Made by a program: the position numbers and the translations under genes. A stretch of DNA of 60,000 nucleotides, from positions 2,358,001 through 2,418,000 of the forward strand of contig NC_086109.1 of assembly GCF_963921235.1 (NCBI RefSeq), read 5' to 3'. Origin of the DNA: Mobula hypostoma. Taxonomy: Eukaryota. Of this stretch, positions 1 to 11,389 are shown piece after piece; position 1 is the first letter of the stretch; every line of letters begins with the position of its first letter. Below the pieces are notes generated by a model that searched no databases, was not told where the DNA came from, and was given only the letters and a program-made list of their open reading frames with translations.

Positions 1-599
1 TTGAGATGGATGGCAAATTACACAATGTTCCGTTCTGCTGGGATTTTCCAGGATCTGGGCAGATGGTAAAGACAGTCCCTAATTCAGCTACGATAAGTGG
101 TGTCACATTTTCTGGAATACTGAAAAGAGAGCTCAGTGTCAGAGGATCAAGCTCAAGTTCAAGTTTATTGTCAGCCATGCACACGTTGAATGAAGCTTTA
201 TTCCTCTGGGGCAAAGGTGCAAAACACAATACATATAGTTGTAATAGAGCACATATGTTTATGATTAAAGCACATAGTTATGATCTAGAGCATATAGTTA
301 CAATAAAGCACATATAGGTATGAAGCACAGTACAATCACAAAATAATATTAACACATCCCTGAGTGGCATGGTCTGAAGTTTGATGGTGCATGAGATGCT
401 ATCTTACAGCCACGTTTCTGTGGGTATAAGCATACAGCAGTTCCTCATCTCATTCTTGCCAGGTCAGTTGCAGATGAAGGTAATCCAGTTTGTCTTCCAG
501 GAAGTAAACATTAGAGAGCAGTATTAATGAGAGAGCCAGCCTGCAGGGCTTAGTCTCTTAACCCAACAAGCCTATAAGAAACCAACAAGCCTATAAGAA

Positions 600-990
600 C
601 CTATAAGAAGAGAAAAGATGAAATGTGAGGGCAAACTAGCCGATAATACAGAACAGGATAATAGATTTTTTTTTTAGTTATATAAGGGGTAAAAGGGAGC
701 TGAGAGTTGATATTGGACCACTGGAAAATGATGCTGGTGAAGTAGTAATGGGGGACAAAGAAATGGCAGATAAGTACCTTACTTCAGTCTTTACTGTGGT
801 CGACACTAGCTGTGTGATAGAGGTCCGTGTGTGTCAGGGAACAGGAGTGAGTATCATTGCTATTATAAGGGAAAAGGTGCTAGGCAAACTCAAATGTCTG
901 AAGATGGATAAGTCACCTGGACCAGATGCAATACATCCCAGTTTCCTGAAAGAGGTTGCTGAAGAGATAACAGATGCATTGGTCATGATC
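600..990 (+). mobile_element. Old CR1 LINE ORF2 fragment (EN-RT linker)
   Basis: ORF 748-1050 has MGDKEMAD..FTSVFT..DKSPGPDAIHPSFLKEVAEEITDALVMIF, homologous to the other CR1 copies in the window. Confidence 0.85.
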
Positions 991-1394
991 TTTCTTTCTT
1001 TTTCAGTGTTTTTGTTGATTTCTAACATAAAAGGATACAGATTACAGTAAGATATATAATACATATTGATTACAATATATTGGAATTATAAACATAGTAC
1101 ATTACCCCATATCCGTATACATTAAATTTAAACATAATATTGAAAAGATATACTTTTATTATACAGAAAAACTCTAAACCCACTACCAGAAAAAAAAATA
1201 GCTGTTTGGTTAAAAAAAAAGAAAAGGAAAAAATCCTTATCATTTAATAAAACATATTGTTAGCCAACATCTGTGCTTAATAGCAAATCAAAGATTTTGA
1301 AAATAATTCAAAAAAGGTCCCCAGAATGTTAAAAAATCTTGTCTAGGTTCAGAAATTGAACGGCGAATCTTCTCTAAGTTTAAGTAATATATAA
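991..1394 (-). mobile_element. L1-clade LINE 3' end (ORF2 C-terminus, 3' UTR, degenerate poly-A)
   Basis: Minus-strand peptide YYLNLEKIRRSISEPRQDFLTFWGPFLNYFQNL* resembles the LEKI..F...W.PF..Y C-terminus of fish L1 ORF2p; T-rich tail on the plus strand near 991-1020. Confidence 0.65.
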
Positions 1395-3256
1395 CATAAA
1401 AACGGACTGTAAAAGCTTTTATAGATATGTAAAAAGGAAAAGACTGATAAAGACAAATGTAGGTCCCCTGCAAACAGAAACAGGTGAATTGATTATGGGG
1501 AGCAAGGACATGGCAGACCAATTGAATAATTACTTTGGTTCTGTCTTCACTAAGGAGGACATAAATAATCTTCCAGAAATAGTAAGGGACAGAGGGTCCA
1601 GTGAGATGGAGGAACTGAGCGAAATACATGTTAGTAGGGAAGTGGTGTTAGGTAAATTGAAGGGATTGAAGGCAGATAAATCCCCAGGGCCAGATGGTCT
1701 GCATCCCAGAGGGCTTAAGGAAGTGGCCCAAGAAATAGTGGATGCATTAGTGATAATTTTTCAAAACTCGTTAGATTCTGGACTAGTTCCTGAGGATTGG
1801 AGGGTGGCTAATGTAACCCCACTTTTTAAAAAAGGAGGGAGAGAGAAACCGGGGAATTATAGGCCGGTTAGCCTAACGTCGGTGGTGGGGAAACTGCTGG
1901 AGTCAGTTATCAAGGATGTGATAACAGCACATTTGGAAAGCGGTGAAATGATCGGACAAAGTCAGCATGGATTTGTGAAAGGAAAATCATGTCTGACGAA
2001 TCTCATAGAATTTTTTGAGGATGTAACTAGTAGAGTGGATAGGGGAGAACCAGTGGATGTGGTATATTTGGATTTTCAAAAGGCTTTTGACAAGGTCCCA
2101 CACAGGAGATTAGTGTGCAAACTTAAAGCACACGGTATTGGGGGTAAGGTATTGGTGTGGGTGGAGAATTGGTTAGCAGACAGGAAGCAAAGAGTGGGAA
2201 TAAACGGGACCTTTTCAGAATGGCAGGCGGTGACTAGTGGGGTACCGCAAGGCTCAGTGCTGGGACCCCAGTTGTTTACAATATATATTAATGACTTGGA
2301 TGAGGGAATTAAATGCAGCATCTCCAAGTTTGCGGATGACACGAAGCTGGGTGGCAGTGTTAGCAGTGAGGAGGATGCTAAGAGGATGCAGGGTGACTTG
2401 GATAGGTTGGGTGAGTGGGCAAACTCATGGCAGATGCAATTTAATGTGGATAAATGTGAAGTTATCCACTTTGGTGGCAAAAATAGGAAAACAGATTATT
2501 ATCTGAATGGTGGCCGATTAGGAAAAGGGGAGGTGCAACGAGACCTGGGTGTCATTATACACCAGTCATTGAAAGTGGGCATGCAGGTACAGCAGGCGGT
2601 GAAAAAGGCGAACGGTATGCTGGCATTTATAGCGAGAGGATTCGAGTACAGGAGCAGGGAGGTACTACTGCAGTTGTACAAGGCCTTGGTGAGACCACAC
2701 CTGGAGTATTGTGTGCAGTTTTGGTCCCCTAATCTGAGGAAAGACATCTTTGCCATAGAGGGAGTACAAAGAAGGTTCACCAGATTGATTCCTGGGATGG
2801 CAGGTCTTTCATATGAAGAAAGACTGGATGAACTGGGCTTGTACTCGTTGGAATTTAGAAGATTGAGGGGGGATCTGATTGAAACGTATAAGATCCTAAA
2901 GGGATTGGACAGGCTAGATGCGGGAAGATTGTTCCCGATGTTGGGGAGGTCCAGAACGAGGGGTCACAGTTTGAGGATAGAGGGGAAGCCTTTTAGGACC
3001 GAGGTTAGGAAAAACTTCACACAGAGAGTGGTGAATCTGTGGAATTCTCTGCCACAGCAAACTGTTGAGGCCAGTTCATTAGCTATGTTTAAAAGGAAGT
3101 TAGATATGGCCCTTGTGGCTACAGGGGTCAGGGGGTATGGAGGGAAGGCTGGGTTCTGAGTTGGATGATCAGCCATGATCATAATAAATGGCGGTGCAGG
3201 CTCGAAGGGCTGAATGGCCTACTCCTGCACCTATTTTCTATGTTTCTATGTTTCTA
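1395..3256 (+). mobile_element. Young 5'-truncated CR1 LINE, family A (RT domain open)
   Basis: 556-aa ORF with [27 protein letters not shown] and KFADD; 3' UTR ends in a (TTTCTATG)n tail. Confidence 0.95.
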
Positions 3257-3782
3257 AATATATAATAGATCATTGAGGACAAATGTATATGCCTTTGGAG
3301 AGAGGCGTGAGAAACTGTAAAGAGACATCGGTACATGGCGAGATCCAACTAAGTTCTCGTGTCCAGCTAGACAGAGGATGGAAAAAACACCCCAAGTTGT
3401 ATCATGTGGCAACACGAGGCAACATAAATGCAGCATCTATTAATATAAAAGTTAATGAAGAGAAAACTGAGGAACCAGAGACCTAATGATCTGCACCTCA
3501 GCTTTGTGCAAGGTGACCACAACGAAATCTGTTCATCTCCTAACAATATACGAATATTCGTATGGCTGATGGGAATTGTAGTTGATAAGGTGGTTAAGAA
3601 TGCATATAGAATCTTTGCTGTTATTGATCGAGACACCGAGTTCAAAAGTAAGGATGTTATGGTGGAGCTTATAGAATAGTGGTCTAGTTAGGCTGCACCT
3701 AGGTCACCCAAACTCTAGCTGCCCTTCATAGGAAAGATATCGATGTTTTGAAGGGGATATAGAAGAGGTTTACTAGGACGAT

Positions 3783-3908
3783 CACAAATAAGAGAAAATC
3801 TGCAGATTCTGGAACTCCAACAACATGCCAGAGAAACTCAGCAGTCAATTGTACTTTTTTCCATAGATTTGGCCTGGCTTGCTGAGTTCCTCCAGCATTT
3901 TGCGTGTG
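3783..3908. mobile_element. Degenerate fold-back PLE-derived short element
   Basis: Arms match the PLE terminal repeat (ctcagcag... / gctgagttcctccagcattttgcgtgtg); imperfect 13-bp TSD ttactaggacgat (3770-3782) / ttaccaggatgat (3909-3921). Confidence 0.7.
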
Positions 3909-4293
3909 TTACCAGGATGATGCCTGGATCAGAGAGTATGTGCTACAACAAGAGGATAGACAACCTGTGCTGCTTTCTGTTGAGCGACGGAGGCTGAGGA
4001 AAGTCCTGATTGAGGAATCCTGGTAGATTATGAGTGACATAGATAGACTGGACAGGAAGTATCATTTCCCGAGGGTTAAAGTATCTCATACCAAGTGTGT
4101 GCATTTAAGGTGAGAGAGTATAATTAAAAAGGAGATGTCAGAGAGTTGATGGAAACCTAAAATACGCTGCTTGAGGTGGTGCTAGAGGTGGAAACTTTAG
4201 AGGCTTTTAACAAGGCATATCGATGTGAGGAAAATAGAAGAATATGGATATTGTACAGTCAAAAGAGATTTGTTTGATTTGCCAGGTAATTGC

Positions 4294-5143
4294 TGTTACA
4301 TACCTCGTGGGTATCTTGTGACTGTCTTATGACCATGATGTAATTCAGTATCTTGTGAGCATAATGTAATGGTCTTGTGATGGTGGAGTGATGTAATTTT
4401 CCCGCCAGTGTGAGGTCACGTGATGACATGTTCTCAACAGGTATATAAAGGGAAACCCCTGTCGTGATGCAGTTAGTTTTCGCCAGTTTGTCAGTTACTC
4501 CGTTATGCTGCGTATTTGTCTCATGACGCAGTTTCATTTTAAAGTGGAGTTTTACTTTCTATTGTAAAGTAAAATCATTTTGCCGGCAGTTTCACCAATC
4601 GCTGCCCGTTTTGTTTGGGGTATCTTTGATTTACCTTTACAGTCTAGTATTGGAGAGTGAAGACCTTACTGAAGTATAGGAACCTGAAAGATTGAGTAAA
4701 GTTGGCGTCGTTCGGCGGTTTCATTAAGGATCGACCTTATTGAATCTTCGTTCAGAAGTAGCGACCTGCATCTGAGATAACCCCTGTAAAAGCAGGAAGG
4801 TTTGGGCAGTGTGCATTCACCAGGAAAAAGGTCAGTTCCTTTAAGCCGTTTTATTTCCTTCGTCGTGAATCTTTTGGAGAATCAGCTATAATGTCACGTC
4901 TTCAAAGAAATCCGTTTTCAAAGAAGTCTCTCCTTATTGACTGTGTAAATTACTTGGACTTTCGAATTTACCACCTTAAAACTGTGTTTGAATTTACCAC
5001 TTTACGAACTGTTCCAGATTTGCCGTATAGCAGTTAACTTGTTTGAATACTTTTTGCTATTGTTGAGCAGAGTTTAATAAATGTTTATGTTTTTTTTTAA
5101 AACCTGACTCAATTCTATACTCATTGTTGCTGGTCACGTGACA
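4294..5143 (+). mobile_element. Solo LTR, about 850 bp (Gypsy-like)
   Basis: TGTTAC...GTGACA termini; 4-bp TSD ttgc/ttac with 1 mismatch; TATATAAA near 4442; AATAAA 5076-5081; the flanks rejoin into a CR1 3' UTR. Confidence 0.75.
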
Positions 5144-5699
5144 TTACAAAGTCTGATAGTGCAGCACAATTTTCCGGCTGAAGGGCTTGTTTCTGTGCTG
5201 TGCTGTTCTGTGTTAAATTTTACTGCAGCACTGCGTTCCAGAGCTGTACAGATTCACTGATTCCCTCCAAATCTAAAATACCTTCACAACCGTCATGTGA
5301 ATTATCAGAGTGAGCTACCCCCAAACGCCTTGTATTGAGGATTTTAAAGTTTATTTAAGTGGAAGATTGTGAGTTTCTTTCACTAAAGACTGGCTGGACA
5401 CTTACTGTGACAGTTGGTCCTACGGATGTTAACCAGGGGTACACGAAGACCCAGTCTCACCCGAAATCCCAATTTGCTTTGTTTTAGCTTGCATGATATG
5501 TCGCTAAATATTGATTTGCAAACAGACATTTCCTCGGAATCTGACCAGCACGTTATATAATATATCTTCGTGGTCAGAAAAGAAATGTAGATAATTGAAG
5601 CCAGAATTTTCTACTTTGGACGCAAACATTTCAAAATTAGATCCAGCTACCGATTGTCTTTTAGGCACATGGATATGAGCCTAAAACACCCTGGTTTCC

Positions 5700-6314
5700 T
5701 CGGCTGTGTAGGTCTAAGGAAGACAACCTCTGCCCCACCAAACTAGTGAGATTGAGGGGCTCTCCCGACCCAAACCCTAGTATGTGTGGATGCTTTGTAA
5801 TGTTCTACCCTGTTACCAATTAGTGCCACGAAAGAACAGATGGCACACTGCGTAATATAAAGGAATTATATTTATGGATCTTAACTTAACTATAAGGTTA
5901 GTAAAGAGTAACAAAAAGAAAAGGGCCCATTCTAATTAAACAGTTACATGTGCACAAGTTGGAGCTCATCTTGAATTTCTCTGTCACTCACGAGCTGGGT
6001 CCTCGTCAGCGTGAACGCCCACATCACTTTCCGAACGTCGCTCGCAATCCATCTCGAACAGGTGGGTCTCTCACCAGAACTTATGCTACGACCGGTTCTC
6101 CCCAGCATCCTCTCTCTTCATCTCCCGCTGAACAATATAAAACCGTCCTGATTGTATCTCACAAAGGAAACCTCCCACTAATTGGATGACACATTCCACA
6201 TCATCCCTAACAGAAAGAGGCCGAAATGAAACAAGCTGAAAAGAAGCAGCTCTTACAGAACTACCAGAATGAAATACATACAGCATGACAGTGAAAATAT
6301 GAAACGGCATTACA
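5700..6314 (-). mobile_element. Probable LTR fragment abutting the left TIR of the Tc1 element
   Basis: Minus strand begins TGTAATG at 6314, exactly where Tc1 TIR homology stops; the other boundary and a TSD were not resolved. Confidence 0.35.
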
Positions 6315-7815
6315 CGGTGGATTTAATTTAGCTTTTTTGACACTGATCAACAGAAAAATACTCTTTTGTGTCAACGTGAAAACAGACCTCTACAAAGTGA
6401 TGTAAATTAATTACAAATGTAAAACACAATAAAATTGATTGCATAGGTATATACAGCCTTTAATATGACACATCAAATCATCACTGGTGGAGCCATATTG
6501 TTTTAGAAGTCACATAATTGGTTAAATGGAGATCTGTGTACAGTCAAGTTGTTTCAATTGATTGCAGTAAAGTACACATGTATTGCAAGGTCCTGCTGCT
6601 GGGGAATCTGACTAAGTCTACACCTTGAAGACAAAAGAACACTCCAAGCAACACCGTAAAATAAGTTATTGAAATGCACATGCCAGGAGATGGATACAAG
6701 AAAATGTCCAAGTCACTGAATATCCCTCAGAAGTACAGTTAAGTCAACCATCCAGAAATGGGAAGAATATGGCACAGCTGTAAATCTGGCTAGAGCAGGC
6801 CGTCCTTAAAAACTGATTGACCATGCAAGAAGGAGGCTAGTGAGGGAGGCCACCAAGAGACCTATGATGGATGAGAGAGACTGCGCGTACAACAACTGTT
6901 TCCCGGGTGCTTCAGCAATCGCAGCTTTATGGGAGAGTGGCAAACCGAAAGGCACGGTTGAAAAAAGCTCACATGCAATCTCGGCAAGTGTTTGCCAGAA
7001 GGTACGTGGGAGACTCCGAAGTCAGCTGGAAGAAGGTTCTATATTATTGATGAAACCAAAATTGAGGTTTTTGGCCATCAGACTAAACGCTATGCTTGGC
7101 GGAAACCAGGTGCTGCTCTTCATCAGAAACACACCATCCCTACTGTGAAGCATTGTGGTGGCTACATCATGCTGTGCAGATGCTACACTGCAGCAGGCCA
7201 TGTAAGTCTTGTGAAGGTAGAGGGGAAAATGAATACAGGGAAATTCTGGAGGGAAGACAGATGCAGTCTGCAAGATAACTGCGACGCGGGAGGTTTGATT
7301 TCCAGTAAGACAAGCATAAAACCAAAGCCACACAGGAACGGTTTAAAAACAGCAAAGGTAATGTCCTGGAGTGGCCAAGGCAGTGTCGAGACCTCAATCC
7401 AATTGAAAATCTGTGGCTGGACTTGAAAAGTCTGTTTACTCAAGATCCCCAATGCAATCTGACAGAGCTTGAGCGGTTTTAAAAATCGAACAATGGGGAT
7501 AAATTGTAGTGTCCAGATGTGCAAAACTGATAGAGACCTATCCACACAGACTCATGGCTATAATTGCTGCAAAAGGTGCATCGACTAAATAATGACGTGA
7601 AGGGGGTGAATACTAATGCAATCTGTTATTTTGTATTTTATTTTTATAATTAATTTAGATCACTTTGTAGAGAACTGTTTTCACTTTGACTCGCGAGTCT
7701 TTTATTCTGTTGATCATTGTCAAAAAAGCCTAACTAAATCCTCAGCGATTCAATGTTGTAAAACAAAAAAATCATGCAAACTTCCAAGGGAAGGGAATAC
7801 TTTTGATACGCACTG
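6315..7815 (+). mobile_element. Tc1/mariner DNA transposon (long-TIR type) with decayed DD34E transposase
   Basis: Fragments DETKIEVFG, PTVKHCGG and LEWPRQCRDLNPIENLW; right end ...aatacttttgatacgCACTG|TA at 7815; 6315-6460 is the reverse complement of the inner part of the right TIR (about 7605-7745); outer left TIR is missing. Confidence 0.9.
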
Positions 7816-7965
7816 TATATCAGAAGGGATAGTCTGTGCGCTGCTCCATTCTGTCAATCGATGATACGAGCAAATAAGATTTGACAGATCGCCAAATAGG
7901 CTGGAACAATATTTCCTCAGGGCAATATCAGAAAAATACCACTGGCGGGGAATCTTTCATGCAAC

Positions 7966-8994
7966 TTAGCTACAGAGTTTAATGATGAGACGGAAGGGAT
8001 ATATCGCCATCTCCCTCAGCTCCTCTCTGAATTTCCCCTGATCCAGAGCATATGCGGCAGTGTTGGTACAAGTTCCAAAATAGAACAGCATGGCATCCGC
8101 CCCGTTAGCAATAATGACGGGGTGGTTATAACTCGGATAAGCATGCCCGCTGGAAATCTCCATCAGTATGAAAACTGATACCTTCGTCAGCCACAGCAGT
8201 ATAAAGCTTCCTGACAAGGCAAATAACAGGACGATCGACCTCCGTCTTTGAACCACCTCGGGGTCCTTTCGCAGATCCCCGTTATTGGGCCCCTTGAGTC
8301 CCCTACGAGCTCGATTTGCCAACACAATGTGTCTGACAGTGAGGGCGTTGAGTATCAAGGTCAGGAAGTAGGGCATCAGTGGATTTAGCAGGTGGTGAAT
8401 TCAGAAAAATGCCACCCAACCAGGCAAACTGAAGATCTCCAGCTTGATTTCGCAGCCCCAGGGTATTCCATTATAGAAGCCGTAAGAACATAGAACATAC
8501 AGGCCCTTCGGCCCACAATGTTGTGCCGACCCTCAAACACTGCCTCCCATATAAGCCCCCACCTTAAATTGCTCCATATACCTGTCTAGTAGTCTCTTAA
8601 TTTCACTAGTGTATCTGCCTCCACCACTGACTCAGGCAGTGCATTCGAATCTGAAATAAAAAGGTATATTCCGTAAAACGCTCAGCGTAGTCACAGTGGT
8701 TATAACTATCGCCGCTGTCTTTGTAGTGCAATATTTAACTTTCAGGTTGTGACAAAAAATCGCCACGAATCGATCAACGGTGAACACGATAGTCAGCCAA
8801 ACAGAACAGTCTATTGTAGTGTAGGCCAGTGGAGAAATAGTTCTGCCAACAGCCGTGTTGTAGAAAAACATGACTAGGAAGAGTCTATGCACAAGTCTGT
8901 CAATCTGCTGTTGTCATGGAAATCAGGCAGGCAGAAACTCCTTTGGAGAGGTCGCTGCTTCCCCTCGAGAGAATCGCAATGGTTAAGGAGTTAG
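7966..8994 (-). pseudogene. GPR139-like GPCR pseudogene 1 (exon 2)
   Basis: Close paralog of 29090-30000. Acceptor AG at 8996-8995, then ANSLTIAILSRG; TVDRFVAI. Lesions: about 29-nt frameshifting deletion near 8900, CR1 insertion 8487-8643, TGG>TGA stop at 8403-8401. Confidence 0.9.
8487..8643 (-). mobile_element. CR1 family B 3' end inserted in GPCR pseudogene 1
   Basis: Reverse complement matches the 3' end of the copy at about 23210-23390; absent at the homologous site of the paralog (about 29620). Confidence 0.9.
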
Positions 8995-9500
8995 CTGTGG
9001 AAGAAGACGAGCATGTTAATGTTGAGATCGACTTCATACGTACGTAAAGTTTTGTAAATAAGCTACCAACGAATTGAGAAATCATTTATTTTTTGCTACA
9101 TTTCCTATTAATTGAAGTGATTTCTCATTTCAAAGTTGGAGGTACATTTAAACATTATAATACTAATAAGAAAATTAGTAATAAAATAATAATATTAACT
9201 TTTTATGGAGCAGTATTTTGACAAATGGTGTATTTCAAAGTGCTTTCCTTTGGGATAAAAGTACAAGTATAAAAGTAACATAAAAATAAAATTAAGCGTG
9301 AAACTAAAAGGCAAAAATATCACAGTTAGGTTTTGAACTGGCTTGTCTGCATCCCTTGTAGTTTTAAATATGAATATCAAAGTTTAGAATCGTAGGAGCT
9401 GACCTGAAAGCATCACAATATGTATCTATATGCGATATATAACTTTTAGATTCGTTTCCTTACAAGCAACCACAAAAAAGAAACACAGTCTGATTCATTA

Positions 9501-9586
9501 ACACACACACACACACGCACACGCACACACACACACACACGCACACACACACACACACATACACACGCACACGCACACACACGCAC

Positions 9587-9619
<33 letters not shown>

Positions 9620-9625
9620 CACACG

Positions 9626-9656
<31 letters not shown>

Positions 9657-9813
9657 GCACACACACGCACGCACACACGCACACACGCACACACACGCAC
9701 ACACACACGCACACACGCACACGCACACGCACACGCACACGCACACGCACACACACACCCGCACACGCACACGCACACGCACACGCACACACGCACACAC
9801 ACACACACACACT
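9501..9813. repeat. Compound (CA)n/(CACG)n microsatellite
   Basis: About 310 bp of nearly uninterrupted alternating purine-pyrimidine sequence. Confidence 0.98.
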
Positions 9814-9929
9814 CACACCGAAGTCCGTCAAATAACCAGTGTGCGAAGAAGGAGCAAATCCTGCAATTAATAAAGAAAAATAAGTAACACACAGAACAGG
9901 AGGTGCAGGTTTCCATAAGCTGTGCTTAG

Positions 9930-10435
9930 CCACATAGGCATAAGTGTAAATCGAATAATTGACTGGTTAAGCACACAGTCTTGTGGTGCAGCTGTGCTGA
10001 TGGAGATCGTGGAAGAGATGTTGTTGCCAATCCAAACTGACTGGGGTCTACAAGTGATGAAATCAAGGATCCAAATTACACAAGGAGGTATTGAGGTCAA
10101 GGTCCTATAGCTTATTGATTAGTTTTGAAGGGATGATGTTATTGAATGCCGAGCTGTAGTCGATTTAGTGCATTCTGCTGTATGCATCTTTGCTGTCCAT
10201 ATAGTCCAGGGTTGAGTGAAGAGCCAATGAGACAGCATTTGCTGCGGACCTGTTGCTTCCTTAGGCAAATTGGAGCAGATTCAAGATGACTTATCGGGCA
10301 GGAGTTGATGGGTTTCATTACCAACCTCTCAACGCACTTTATCACTCTGGATGTAAATGCTGGTGGGCGATAATCATTAAGGCAGGTCACAACCTACTTG
10401 TCAGGCAGCGGTATAATTGAACTCTGCTTACAGCA
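9930..10435 (-). mobile_element. Rex1/Babar LINE RT fragment
   Basis: CLNDYRPPAFTSRVIKCVERLV and [35 protein letters not shown]. Confidence 0.8.
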
Positions 10436-10439
10436 GGCA

Positions 10440-11060
10440 AATATCAACTGTAATACCACAGGGCTCAGTCATCTCACAAGTCTTGTTCACACTGTACACA
10501 GACGATAGTTGAGGCTCACAAACAGGCATGCAGTACATCAAGTGCTCAAATGCCACAGTCATCATTGGCACTTCCAGCGCTAATGACTGCATCAACAAGG
10601 TACTGAATACATTTTCTGGATAGAGCACAAACAACTATCTGGACCTGAACCGCAGTAAAACTAAGGGGATGGTAGTGGACTTTAGAAAACAAGAGTACAC
10701 TATCCCAACCCTGGATATTAGTGACCAGTCAATAGAGCGTGTTAGAGAACACAAGTACCTCGCCACAACTAGAGATAACAGAATTACCTTTAAGACCAAC
10801 GTTGAATTGATACTCTCCAAGTGTCAACAACAGCTATTTTTCCTTAGGAAGATGCGGATACTTCAGGTCCAGTCATCGATTCTCCAGACATTTTATACAT
10901 GCTTCATTATATCAATACTAACCTTCAACATCACGATATAGTTCGGAGCAATGAGTACTGTCAACCTCAACCCATTCAAAATAAATGGTAAAATCATTCA
11001 CCAAGAACAAGAATCACTTAGCAGAATCTATAAGAGACGGAAAATAAACAAGGTAAACAC
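10440..11060 (+). mobile_element. Rex1/Babar-like LINE RT C-terminal fragment
   Basis: MVVDFRK...VREHKYL...KCQQQLFFLRKMR...ILQTFYTCFIISILTF. Confidence 0.75.
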
Positions 11061-11074
11061 ATACACTTCACACA

Positions 11075-11389
11075 TGGAAGAGGATGGCAGCAGTGATAGG
11101 GGTCTCTATAGTTAGGGAGTCAGACAGGCGATTCTGTGGACGCAGGAAAGAAATGTGGATGGTAGTCTGCCTCCCAGGTACCACGGTTCGGGATGTTTCT
11201 GATCATGTCCACGATATCCTGAAGTGGGAAGGTGAACTGCCAGAGGTCGTGGTACATATTTGTACCAATAACATAGGTAGGAAGAGGGAGGAGGTCCTGA
11301 AAACAGACTGCAGAGAATTAGGAAGGAAGTTGAGAAGCAGGACCTCAAAGGTAGTAATCTTGGGCTTGCCACCTTTGCCGCGTGACAGT
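11075..11389 (+). mobile_element. CR1 ORF1 esterase (SGNH/GDSL) fragment
   Basis: VIGVSIVR (decayed GDS), CLPG and VVVHICTNN motifs, shared with the ORF1 at 48301-48999. Confidence 0.8.

Larger units (their letters stand above)
3290..5215 (+). mobile_element. Old degenerate CR1 3' half, interrupted by a PLE-derived insert and a solo LTR
   Basis: VDKVVKNAYRIFAVIDRDTEFKSKDVMVEL; the 3' UTR motif ggctgaagggcttgtttctgtgctgtgctgttctg resumes at about 5175-5212 after the LTR. Confidence 0.7.

Noticed and set aside
9446..9933. Cys/Val- and His/Thr-rich ORFs
   Set aside because: Translations of the CA/CG microsatellite
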